Below, in pieces: positions 38,626 through 49,730 of a stretch of 64,000 nucleotides of DNA. Within the stretch, counting starts at the first letter, position 1, and every line of letters begins with the position of its first letter. A model generated the notes under the pieces. The model saw nothing but the letters and a program-made list of their open reading frames with translations. It had not been told where the DNA came from and did not search any database. Source of the stretch: Mobula hypostoma (taxonomy: Eukaryota); the NCBI RefSeq assembly GCF_963921235.1, contig NC_086108.1, positions 10,478,001 through 10,542,000 of the forward strand, read 5' to 3'. A program made the translations under genes and the position numbers.

Positions 38626-39019
38626 AAACTTGGGCCACCAATGCAAGACCTTCTTCACTGGCCATGGGCTCAGCCTGTCCCCAGCCACAGACTGATGTCG
38701 AATGCTATTTGGAATCTTGGCAACATATCAAATCCCAGGAGGAGGTTTGGACCTCATATCTGGTTTGACTTGAAGAACAGTGCTTGTATCCTTGTCTCAT
38801 TGCCCATTTCCAGTTCAACTGCTGCTCGCCCACGGCTGAAACCCTCACTGCACTGTTTCAGAATTGATAATCCCTAACATCGATCTCCCTGAGAGCTGTG
38901 GTGACCAAGTGTTGACTCTCTCTGGGACCCACTCACCCACCTAGTTCAGTGTCTGGTATGTGATATAAGTACTCGCATTTTTATATTCAATCCCTCCGTT
39001 GCTTAACTGCTCCCTATCT

Positions 39020-39735
39020 GTGTAACACCCTCGACATTAGCCCATCCCTCCCTGTCTCTGTAACCCCCTTCATCCCCGACACCACTCTCTGTCTCTGCTT
39101 CACCCTCCAAACACAACACTCCTCCCTGTCTCTGTAACCTCTTCCACCCCAACGCTCTTCCGTGTCTCTGTAAACCCCTCCACCCCTAAACCCCCTATCG
39201 CTGTAAACCCCTCCACTCCTACACCTCTCCCTGCCTCTGTAACCCCCTCCTTCTCCTACACCCCTCTCCGTCTGTGGAAACACTCTCCATTCATATCTCT
39301 GTGAACCACTTGAGCCTTAATATGTCTCTCTCAGGAAGCCCCTCCAGCTCCTACAATTTTCCCCATCACTAACTTTCTCCTGGTCCCACACCCCCATCTC
39401 TGTTACTCTCCATCCCCTTCACCCCTGTCTCTGTAACACCCTCTCCTGCCCCTACAATCTCCTGTCTCGCCAACACCCCTCCCTGAGTCAGTAATCTCCT
39501 CCTTCCCCTACACCCCCTCTGTCTCTGTAACCCCCACCCTCCCCTACAGCCCTCCCTCTGTAAATCCCTCCCTCCCCTAGACTCCTCCGTGGCTCTGTGA
39601 TCCCCCCTCCCCTGCACCCCCTGTCCTGTAACCCCCTCCAGCCCCTACACCCGTTGTCTCTGTAATCTCCTCCTGCCCCTACACCCCGTGTCTCTGTAAA
39701 CCCCTCCCTGTCTCGGTAACCCCCTCCAGTCTCCA
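39020..39735. repeat. Degenerate ~33-36-bp minisatellite
   Basis: Recurrent TCTCTGTAACCCCCTCC..CCCTACACCCC. Confidence 0.85.
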
Positions 39736-40141
39736 TATCGCACTTGCACTGCCCCAACATGGACATCATTGCCTGCTTCTGCCTGAGCCCTGAACTCGAG
39801 ACCTCCCTCCCCAAATAGCTGCATTTCTCTGTTGCTCTTTTACACACTCCTACGAGTGAACTTTGTGTCCCTGAACTCTGGACTTTCCTTCTGAACTGCT
39901 ACGTGTCTCTCTACTCTTCGGGTGAAGCTTGCCCACTTGTGTTTCCCGTGACAGTGTGTGCTTGATCAGCCCAGGGATGGTGGTGGGCCGTAGTTTATCC
40001 ATCCTGATCGTTACTGCTGTTCTACACTGTATCAACAACTTCCGGAGGGCAGCAGAAATCCCTGGAACTGGGATGGTCTTTGGGGAAAGGCCACTGGAGG
40101 GACGCACATGACTGAGGCAGAAGGAGCCATCCTCTCTATAT

Positions 40142-40761
40142 TACAACGGGTTAACAGTAACAGAATAGAGGAACGTATCAGGCCAGTGGAGGGGAGTGAT
40201 ATTCAATTAAATGCCTGCAAGGTGAGTCTGTGGGCTGAAATTGAAGGATTTTTCACACCACAGCGTAGACTGGGATCTGATGAAGAATCACTTCACAGCT
40301 GATATAACATTGAATTAAATCCACATAAATGCCACTAAATTGCAGCCTGAGAGAGATTTGAACCTTCAGAGCACACCAAGAATAGAAATATATTTCCGTT
40401 GTAATTCTGTTAAGTTCTAATGGGCAACAGGGATGCAAACACATATTTCAAGTTGCTGCATGCTTTGAGCTGCATGACTGCGTTGATATTTTGACCAGAG
40501 GCTTTCAGTACCTCAAACGGCCTAGCCAAAACTCTGGTTAGGCCACACTGGGAGTCTGGCCTACTGTTCTGGTCGCCCCACCGTAGGAAGGATGTTGAGG
40601 CTTTGGAGCGAGTACAGAAGAGGATTACCAGGATGCCGGTATTTGAAATGCTTAATTGGATATTTCTGCCCACAGATTCACCTTGCAGGTATTTAATTGG
40701 ATATGACTCCCCTCCACTGGCCTGCTGCGTTCCTCCATCCTGTTACTTTTAACTCTTTGTA
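40142..40761. repeat. 100-bp inverted repeat (40142-40241 / 40662-40761)
   Basis: Ungapped reverse-complement match with ~12 mismatches by manual alignment; spacer contains a CR1 scrap (40527-40635). Confidence 0.85.
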
Positions 40762-40774
40762 GGATATATAAACC

Positions 40775-41460
40775 TTAACAACAGGAATTCTGCAGATGCT
40801 GGAAATTCAAGCAACACACATCAAAGTTGCTGGTGAACGCAGCAGGCCAGGCAGCATCTCTAGGAAGAGGTACAGTCGACGTTTCAGGCCGAGACCCTTC
40901 GTCAGGACTAACTGAAGGAAGAGTGAGTAAGGGATTTGAAAGTTGGAGGGGGAGGGGGAGATCCAAAATGATAGGAGAAGACAGGAGGGGGAGGGATGGA
41001 GCCGAGAGCTGGACAGGTGATAGGCAAAAGGGATACAAGAGGATCATGGGACAGGAGGTCCGGGAAGAAAGACGGGGGGGGGGACCCAGAGGAAGGGCAA
41101 GGGGTATATTCAGAGGGACAGAGGGAGAAAAAGGAGAGTGAGAGAAAGAATGTGTGTATAAAAATAAGTAACAGATGGGGTACGAGGGGGAGGTGGGGCA
41201 TTAACGGAAGTTAGAGAAGTCGATGTTCATGCTATCAGGTTGGAGGCTACCCAGTCGGAATATAAGGTGTTGTTCCTCCAACCTGAGTGTGGCTTCATCT
41301 TTACAGTAGAGGAGGCCGTGGATAGACATGTCAGAATGGGAATGGGATGTGGAATTAAAATGTGTGGCCACTGGGAGATCCTGCTTTCTCTGGCGGACAG
41401 AGCGTAGATGTTCAGCAAAGCGGTCTCCCAGTCTGCGTCGGGTCTCACCAATATATACCA
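40775..41460 (-). mobile_element. Young Penelope-like element 3' part (GIY-YIG C-terminal half and terminal repeat)
   Basis: Minus frame YIGETRRRLGDRFAEHLRSVRQRKQDLPVATHFNS...LEEQHLIFRLGSLQPDSMNIDFSNFR*. Confidence 0.9.
40873..40910 (-). ncRNA. Minimal type I hammerhead ribozyme motif
   Basis: UAGUC-CUGACGA-AGG(GUCUCGG)CCU-GAAAC-GUC/GACUG: complete core, stems I and II, palindromic ACGU stem III. Confidence 0.75.
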
Positions 41461-41464
41461 GGGT

Positions 41465-42007
41465 TTCAATTCTACTTCCTGTTCCCGTTTCAACATGTCA
41501 GTCCTTGACCTCCTCTACTGCTGCAATCAGGCTTAATTCAGGTTGGAAGGGCAACACCTTATATTCTTTCCATCTTGGTAGTCTCCAACCTGATGGCATG
41601 AAATTTGATTTCTTGAACTTCTGGTATTTGCACCCTCTTACTCCATTCCCCATTCCTGCTGGCTGCTCATACCTTACCTCCTTACCTGCCCATCACCTCT
41701 CTCTGGTGCTCCTCCCTTTTCCCTTTATCCATGGTTTTCTACCCCTTCCTATCAGGTTCCCCCTTCACCAACCCTTTATCTCTTTCTCCGATTAACTTCC
41801 CAGCTCTTTACTTCAACCCCTCCCCCCTCCTGGTTTCGCCTCTCACCTGTCACCTTGTCCTTCTTCCTCTCCTCCCCTTACCTTCTTGCTGTGACTTCTT
41901 ATTGCTTCCAGTCCCGATGAAGGGTCTTGACCCGAAACATCAACTGTTTACTCTTTTCCATAAATGCCTCCCGGACTGCTGAGCTCCTCCAGCACTTTGT
42001 GTGTATT
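41465..42007 (+). mobile_element. Older Penelope 3' fragment, head-to-head with the previous copy
   Basis: LGSLQPDGMKFDFLNF; decayed hammerhead at 41909-41946. Confidence 0.8.
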
Positions 42008-42805
42008 ATTTCCCAGGATGCTGCCCCGTTTGGAGGGCATATGCTGTGATGAGAGGCTGGTTAAACTTGGGTTGTTTTCTCTGGAGTGGCAGCTGCTGAG
42101 GAGAGATCTGATAGAGGTTTACAAGATTAGGAGAGGCAAAGATAGATGTGGCCAAGTGGCTAAGGCATCGGTCTAGTGATCTGAAGGTCGCTAGTTCAAG
42201 CCCCAGCTGAGGCTGCGTGTTGTGTCCTTGAGCAAGGCACTTCACCACACATTGCTCTGCGACGACACCGGTGCCAAGCTGTATTGGCCCTAGTGCCCTT
42301 CCCTTGGACAACATCGGTGGCGTGGAGAGGGAAGACTTGTAGCATGGGCAACTGCCGGTCTTCCATACAACCTTGCCCAGGCCTGCGCCCTGGAAACCTT
42401 CCAAGGCGCAAATCCATGGTCTCACGAGACTGGCGGATGCCTAAAAAATGTTAGAGTAGACAGGGAGTATCTGTTTCCCAGGGTAGAAAAGTCGAATACC
42501 AGAAGGCATGCATTGAAGGCGAGAGGGGGCTGTAGGTTCAAGGGGGATGTGAGGGGTAAGTTTTTCACTCAGAGAATAGTGGATGCCTGGAATGCGCTGC
42601 TTGGTATGGTGGTAGAGGCAAATATATTAGAGGCTTTTAAGAGATGAACACTTAGATCTGAGGATGATGGTGGGATATGGATATTGTGTTGGTAGGAGGG
42701 ATTAATGTTCGGGTGTTTTTGATTGCTCTTTAGTTGGTTTGGAACAACATTGTGGGCCGAATGGCCTGTTCCTGTGCCGTACAGGTCCATGTTCTGTGTC
42801 TATGT
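42008..42805 (+). mobile_element. CR1 3' end split by a tRNA SINE
   Basis: RMLPRLEG..LGLFSLE..DLIEVYKI, resumes AGAGTAGACAGG at ~42453. Confidence 0.85.
42147..42450 (+). mobile_element. tRNA-derived SINE (CORE-like centre)
   Basis: A box TGGCCAAGTGG, B box GTTCAAGCC, GTGTCCTTGAGCAAGGCACTT; copies at 59010 and 60647. Confidence 0.85.
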
Positions 42806-42938
42806 CTACGAAAGGATGACCTGCGTGGGTTTTCTTGGAAGTTTCAATTAATTAATAACTTAATTGTTCATTACACAGTTGGTGCTTAGGGCTGCAGTGA
42901 AAGCCTACCGTCCCTATCTGTCCGTGGTCGCAGATGGC

Positions 42939-43411
42939 ACTATGCACAAGTCTTATGCATCTTGATATATATATATAGTTAGTGTCCCGCGTATTGCACT
43001 GTACTGCTGCCACAAAAAACAAACTTCATCACGATAAACCTGATCCCGACATGGGTCTCTATTGTGGATGGAGGGTGGGAAGGGGAATCATGGTTGGGGA
43101 AAGAGGGAGCAAGCGGGAAGCACCAGAGAGACATTCGGTAATGATCAATAAGCCAATTGTTTGGAATCAAATGACCTTGCCTGGAGTCTCAGGACTGGGT
43201 GTGTCTGCACCCGCATGCCAACCCTCCCTGGCACTTCTCTGCCACCTGTCCCACAGCCATCCCGCGGCACTCCACCCTCATCATTCCCAACATTCTGCAC
43301 TCCCTCCAGATTTTTAAACTCACTCTCTGCTTCATGTTGACAAATACAATACTGTGCAAAAGTCTTAGGCACCCTAGCTATATATATGTGCCTCAGACTT
43401 TTGCGCAGTAC
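42939..43411. mobile_element. Tc1/mariner-like MITE with palindromic TIRs
   Basis: ACTGTGCAAAAGTCTTAGGCAC..GTGCCTCAGACTTTTGCGCAGT hairpin at right end, related sequence at left end; second copy 56562-57075. Confidence 0.65.
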
Positions 43412-43414
43412 GTA

Positions 43415-43665
43415 GAAGTAATCTTCATTCCTGTTTCCATAACAATTGCTTTTTAACCAGTCAGGGTTGTTCGCCCTGAGCTGGACGCCCAAACCTGGAG
43501 GAAAAGTGGACCACTCTTAGTCTGCCCTCTACCCCTTGACCTGTTTGGCATGGGTGACCCTACCAAGAGACGTAGCACAAAGCCCTGACTCCAGCCAATA
43601 CAGCTCTCAGGATCACTGAGGCACAGAAGCCTCCAACCCACGGCAATGTTGAGGTCCTCTAGGAG
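43415..43665 (-). mobile_element. RTE 5'-UTR-derived element
   Basis: Homologous to 8808-9122. Confidence 0.6.
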
Positions 43666-44129
43666 GATTATTTGGAAGCAGCCATCCAAGCACAATTTCA
43701 GATGTAGAAACGCATTTACTTAGAGATGTAATGGGAACAGGCACTTCCGGTCCCAACAGGCCTGTGCCACCCAGCAAAACACCAATTTAACACTGGCCTA
43801 ATCACGGGACAATTTACAATGACTAAATAATATGAGGGCCATGGTGCAGTTGCAGTTTGATAGGGCAAGGCAAAGTAAGAGTTTGGCAGTGACTAGTTGG
43901 GTTGAAGGGCCTGTTTCTGTGCAGTTATGCTCAATGACTCTGGATAGGATCCAGTTGACTGGGGCTTTCTTCAGATGGATCAAACCACGAGCTCCTCCCT
44001 CTCTTCAGTGCAGATCCTTTCAATACTGTGGGTCACCTCCCTATGCTAGTGATGCTTGGAATCAGACTGCTTGCCTACTCTTTTCATTATCTCCCTATCA
44101 GAAACCTACTGAGTACTAAGGAAATCATA

Positions 44130-44260
44130 AGCACAAGAGATTCTGCAGACACTGGAAATCCAGAGCAACTCACACAAAATGCTGGAGGACTGGGCAGGTC
44201 AGGCAGCGTCTATGGAGAGGAATAAACTGTTGACGTTTTCGGCTGAGACCCTTTTTCATC
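44130..44260 (-). mobile_element. Penelope terminal fragment
   Basis: TCTGCAGACACTGGAAATCC..GCTGGAGGA..GACGTTTTCGGCTGAGACCC. Confidence 0.75.
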
Positions 44261-44262
44261 AC

Positions 44263-45025
44263 CAAATTCAAAGTTCAAATTTCAAAGTACATTTATTATC
44301 AAAGTACGTATACATTATACAACCTTGAGATTCGTCTCTTTACAGGCAGCCATGAAATAAAGAAACCCCAAAAGAACTCATAAAAAAGACTGTCAAACAC
44401 CCAATGAGCAGAGAGTAAAAAAAAACAAATTGTGTAAACAATAAAAGTAAGCAAATAGCATTCCAGACAAAGGTGAGTTCATGATGTGAAGCCAGGATCG
44501 ATCAGCGGGAGCAGGCCACAGCTTCAGCTCAGTTCAGTCAGGGTCGAGTAAATGTTGTGGAGCAGTGAGCAGATCTGACCTGACCCTCACCTCTGGTCCC
44601 GACACCCTGCTTTGTCAATCCATCCGGCCTGGCGTTTAAATCATCCAAATGTTGAGTCATTCCTCACGAGGACCCAGGCCGTGTCACATCAATATGCTCT
44701 GGGCTGGATCCCGCCAGTATGTTCCAGCCCGTACCCGACCTTTCCAAATCGGCCTGAGGCTTAGACTGATCGAACCTCGCTTGCCGTTCGGGTGAATCTG
44801 CCTCTCCTCTGCTCTGCTCTCCCCGACTTTGCCTCAATTATGTCTTGACTTTGCCTCGCACCCATACGTTCTGACCCTCAACTCAGCCTCGCCTTTGCTC
44901 ACCTCTCAATTTTCTGCGGTGATCATTTACCAGAAAAAGTGTTATTAATAAAGCATTTAGTTGTATTCTTTGTCTTGCTTGCTGCCAGTAAGTAGTCCCT
45001 GGGCTTCACCAGTGCCATCTTAAAC
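44263..45025 (-). mobile_element. ~760-bp non-coding retroposon with AAGATGGC 5' end and Rex1-type tail
   Basis: GCCATCTT at 45014-21; minus-strand end GAATCTCAAGGTTGTAT..TTTGATAATAAATGTACTTTGAAATTTGAACTTTGAA matches the tail at 295-362. Confidence 0.65.
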
Positions 45026-45477
45026 CAGAATGAAACCCTTCATCATCACCAGTCAGTCCTGTCCGTAGATACTGCTGAGCAACTCCAGCATTTGGTGAGG
45101 GTTGCTCTGAGTACTTGGGAGGTCAGATTCAGACAGAGAGGAAGTTAGCAGTCATACACAACAGGGTGCAATAAAGCTCGCAGAGTGAATGTTAAACGCA
45201 GCAATAATAAATGCAATGATAAACACAGCGGTGAGCAAACATACAACTGAATTGTGGATGGATTATACTGCAAAACAGAACTGGAAACAGACAGCGGGAG
45301 AGTTAAGAGTCCGAGAATATGGCAGCCCACTGGGCTGCGGACAGGAGAGAGGTGGCCTGCAGGCTAATGGAGGGAGGCAGTGCCTTATACCTCCTTAGGC
45401 AGAGATGTATCTCCACCCTGTCACCTCACCAAGTCACCCTCCGGTTCAGGGATTTGAACATCAGCATTGATTGACCA

Positions 45478-45815
45478 ATGTGCTGCTGGGGAAGAGCTGA
45501 TTGTGTGGTGTGCTGCTGGGAATGGTGGTGTGCTGCTGGGAAGGGTGGTGTGCTGCTGGGAAGGGTGGTGTGCTGCTGGGAATGGTGGTGTGCTGCTGGG
45601 AAGGGTGGTGTGCTGCTGGGAAGGGTGGTGTGCTGCTGGGGAAGAGCCGATTATGTGCTGCTGGGGAAGAGCCGATTGTGTGGTGTGCTGATGGGGAAGA
45701 GCTGCTTGTGTGGTGTGCTGATGGGAAGGGTGGCGTGCTGCTGGGAAGGGCGGCGTGCTGCTGGGAAGGGTGGTGTGCTGCTGGGAGGGGTGGAGTGCTG
45801 CTGGGGAAGGGCTGC
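45478..45815. repeat. 20-bp tandem repeat GGTGGTGTGCTGCTGGGAAG with variant units
   Basis: Direct reading. Confidence 0.95.
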
Positions 45816-46044
45816 TTTGCAACAGTAACATAAGTGAGTTTGTCTTAGATGGCTTGTCATGGGGAAAGATCCACTCATTAAGACCATTATCTGCCATTAA
45901 GGACCCCGAACAACCAACATATGTCTTCTCATTGCTGCAGTCAAGAAGGCGGTAGAGGGGCTTAAAGACACACACTCAAGGTTTGAGGAACAGCTTCTTC
46001 CCCACTGCCCTCAGATTTCTGAATGGACAATGAACTCATCATTG

Positions 46045-46400
46045 TCATGTGCTGTGTCGTATGGCATAAGTGATCGTGGTCTCATGACTATGGTTGTTCT
46101 TGGCAAATTTTCCCACAAAAGTGGTTTGCCATTGCCTTCTTCTGAGCAGCGTCTTTACAAGACGACAGCCATTAACAGTTCTCTTCAGAGGTTGTCTGCC
46201 GGGCATTAGTGGTCACATAACCAAGACTCATGACATGCACCAGCTGCTCAAATGACCATCTCGTGCTTGCTCCCATGGCTTCGCGTGACACTGATCGGGG
46301 CCTGAGCCGGTGCTGCACCTTGCCCAAGGGTGAGCTGCAGGCCAGCGGAGGGAAGGAGCACCTCACAGCGCCTTTGGTAGAGATGTATCTCCTACTCCAC
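46045..46400 (-). mobile_element. BovB/Bov-A-like non-autonomous element
   Basis: Homologous to 10105-10435. Confidence 0.65.
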
Positions 46401-46894
46401 CACTCACCCCAGAAGGCAGAAGGGAGAATGGAGAATGGCCAGTATGTCCGGTACCCCTGATGATACTGTTAGACGGGGCGGAGGTGAGTAACAGGCCTGT
46501 GATGGACTGGACAATGTTTACTGCTCTCTGCGCGTTCTGTTGATGCAGAGTGGAACAGTTGCATAAACACAAGTTGCTGCCTGATTTGCTGAGTTCCTTC
46601 ATCAGTTGTGTGTGTTGCTCGAGGCCCAGCCCACAGGATACTTTCTACAGCAGCTTTCTGTGGAAGTTTGACAGAGTCCTTGCAGACAAGCCAAATCTCC
46701 TTGGGCACTTAAGAAAGTAAATCCTCTGAAGTTTTTCCTTGATCACCTTAGGGACCAGGTGAGGCTGTTGTTGATGTAGACGCCTGGGAACCTGAAGGCA
46801 TCGGTCATTGCTATAGCAACTCCAATAATGAGTACAGCATAGTGTTTACCACACCTCCCCCCAACTTCCTACAGTTAATAAATAACTCTTTCAT

Positions 46895-48342
46895 TTTGCC
46901 AATGCTGAAGCTGGTCCTCTGTCTCATTATTGTTATTGATCCTGCCAATAACAATGGTGTTATTAGAGAACGTAAAGACTGTATTGGCGGAGTACCTGGT
47001 AAAAGTGTCAGCAGTGTACAGGGAACGGTGCGGGACGCACAACCCTGGGATAGACAACAGACAATAGGTGCAGGAGTAGGCCATTCAGCCCTTCGAGCCA
47101 GCACCGCCATTCACTGTGATCATGGCTGATCATCCACAATCAGTACCCTGTTCCCGCCTTCTCCCCATATCCCTTGACTCCGCTATCTTTAAGAGCTCTA
47201 TCTAACTCTTTCTTGAAAGCATCCAGAGAATTGGCCTCCACTGCCTTCTGAGGCAGAGCATTCCACAGATCCACAACCCTCTGTGTGAAAAAGTTTTTCC
47301 TCAACTCCATTCTAAATGGTCTACCCCTTATTCTTAAACTGTGGCCTTTGGTTCAGGACTCCCCCAACATCGGGAACATGTTTCCTGCCTCTAGCGTGTC
47401 CAATCCCCTAATAATCTTATATGTTTCAATCAGATCCCCTCTCATCCTTCTAAATTCCAGTGTATACAAACCCAGTCGCTCCAATCTTTCAACATATGAC
47501 AGTCCCGCCATCCCGGGAATTAACTTCGTGAACATACGCTGCACTCCCTCAATAGCTAGAATGTCCTTCCTCAAATTTGGAGACCAAAACTACACACAAT
47601 ACTCCAGGTGTGTATTGGTGAGACCACACCTGGAGTACTGTGTGTAGTTTTGGTCTCCAAATTTGAGGAAGGACATTCTAGCTATTGAGGGAGTGCAGCG
47701 TATGTTCACGAAGTTAATTCCCGGGATGGCGGGACTGTCATATGTTGAAAGATTGGAGCGACTGGGTTTGTATACACTGGAATTTAGAAGGATGAGAGGG
47801 GATCTGATTGAAACATATAAGATTATTAGGGTATTGGACACGCTAGAGGCAGGAAACATGTTCCCGATGTTGGGGGAGTCCTGAACCAAAGGCCACAGTT
47901 TAAGAATAAGGGGTAGACCATTTAGAATGGAGTTGAGGAAAAACTTTTTCACACAGAGGGTTGTGGATCTGTGGAATGCTCTGCCTCAGAAGGCAGTGGA
48001 GGCCAATTCTCTGGATGCTTTCAAGAAAGAGTTAGATAGAGCTCTTAAAGATAGCGGAGTCAAGGGATATGGGGAGAAGGCGGGAACAGGGTACTGATTG
48101 TGGATGATCAGCCATGATCACAGTGAATGGCGGTGCTGGCTCGAAGGGCTGAATGGCCTACTCCTGCACCTATTGTCTGTTGTCTATCCCAGGGTTGTGC
48201 GTCCCGCACCGTTCCCTGTACACTGCTGACACTTTTACCAGGTACTCCGCCAATACAGTCTTTACGTTCTCTAATAACACCATTGTTATTGGCAGGATCA
48301 ATAACAATAATGAGACAGAGGACCAGCTTGAGCATTGGCAAA
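46895..48342. repeat. Near-perfect palindrome: 718-bp arms, 12-bp spacer, containing a CR1 3' end plus flank
   Basis: 46895-47612 is the reverse complement of 47625-48342; mirror-image ORFs in the ORF track. Confidence 0.97.
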
Positions 48343-48629
48343 GGACACCTAGATCTGCAAAATTGAATATAGCATGGGAGCTGTGCTTAGCCACACAGTG
48401 ACAGCTGTAAAGTGAGTGGAGCAGGGAGCTAAGCATAGAGTCTTGTGGTGCACCTGTGCTGATAGTAATTGTGAAGGAGATGTTGGTGCCAATCCAAAAT
48501 GATTAAGGCTTTCAAAAGAGCAAATCAAGGTTTCAAGACGGCACTGGTGACACATGGTGATGTTTCACAAGCAGCTCACAAAACTTCTAGATATACTTCT
48601 AAGCAACTATTACTGCAATAGGCCGCCCA

Positions 48630-49110
48630 TAATTTCCTTTAAAGTCAAGAGGAAGAAGAAGGCGTACTTATGGTTTAGGAAGCAAAGATTAGACTCAGCT
48701 TTGAAGAGTTATCAGATAGCCAGGAAGGAGTTTAAGGAGGGACTTAGGAGAGCTAGAAGGGGACATGAGAAGGCCTTGGAAAGTAGGATTAAGAAAAACC
48801 CAAACGCATTCTATATATATGTGAAGAGCAGGAAGATGACTAGAGAAAGGGTAGATGCTTTCAGGGATAAAAGAGAAAACATGTGCCTGGAAGCGTAGGA
48901 GGTAGGGGAGGATCATTACCGAATACTTTGTTTCAGTATTCATCACTGACAGGCACCTTGATGAATGCAAGGATGGCATAGAGCAGGCTAATATGTCAGA
49001 ACATGGTCACATTAAGAAGCAGATGTGTTGGAGCTTTTGAAAAACATTGGGAAAATAAGCCCCTGGGGCCGGGTGGGATATATCCCATTACAGAGGGAAG
49101 AGATTTCCGC
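48630..49110 (+). mobile_element. CR1 ORF2 internal fragment
   Basis: RRARRGHEKALESRIKKNPNAFYIYVKS. Confidence 0.85.
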
Positions 49111-49164
49111 ATCTTTGTTGTATGTTGTATGTTGTGTGTTCTACGTTGAATGTTCTATGTTCTC

Positions 49165-49730
49165 CAAATCAGAATCAGGTTTAATCTTGCTGGCATATGT
49201 CATGAAATTTGTTGTTATCCAGCAGCAGTACATTGCAATACATAGTAATAAAAGCTATATATATATAAAACATTAAATTAAATAAATAGTGCAAAAACAT
49301 AGAGAAAAAAACATAGAGAAAAAAGTGATGAGTTAGTGTTCATGGGCTCAATGTCCATTCAGAAATCAGATGGCAGAGGGAAAGAAGCTGTTCCTGAATC
49401 GTTGAGTGTGTGCCTTCAAGCTCCTGTACCTCCTCCCATTTGGTAGCAATAAGAACGAGGGTGATGGGGGTCCTAAATGATGGATGCCACCTTTTTGAGG
49501 CACTGCTCCTTGAAGATGTCTTGGATGCAGGGGAGACAAGTGCCCATGATGAATGGGACTAAGTTTACAACTCTCTGTAGCTTATTTTGATCCTGTACAT
49601 TAGCCCATGCCTCCGCGTGCCAGACGGTGACGCAGCCAGTTAGGTCGTTTTCCACGTACATTTATAGAAATTTGTGAGTGTATTTGGTGATATAACAAAT
49701 CTCCTGAAACTCCAGGTGATACATAGCCCA
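49165..49730 (-). mobile_element. Rex1/Babar 3' fragment
   Basis: LTGCVTVW..KLQRVVN..CLKKVASII; AACCTGATTCTGA tail. Confidence 0.85.

Noticed and set aside
45421..45975. Cys/Trp- or His/Gln-rich ORFs
   Set aside because: Translation of the 20-bp tandem repeat
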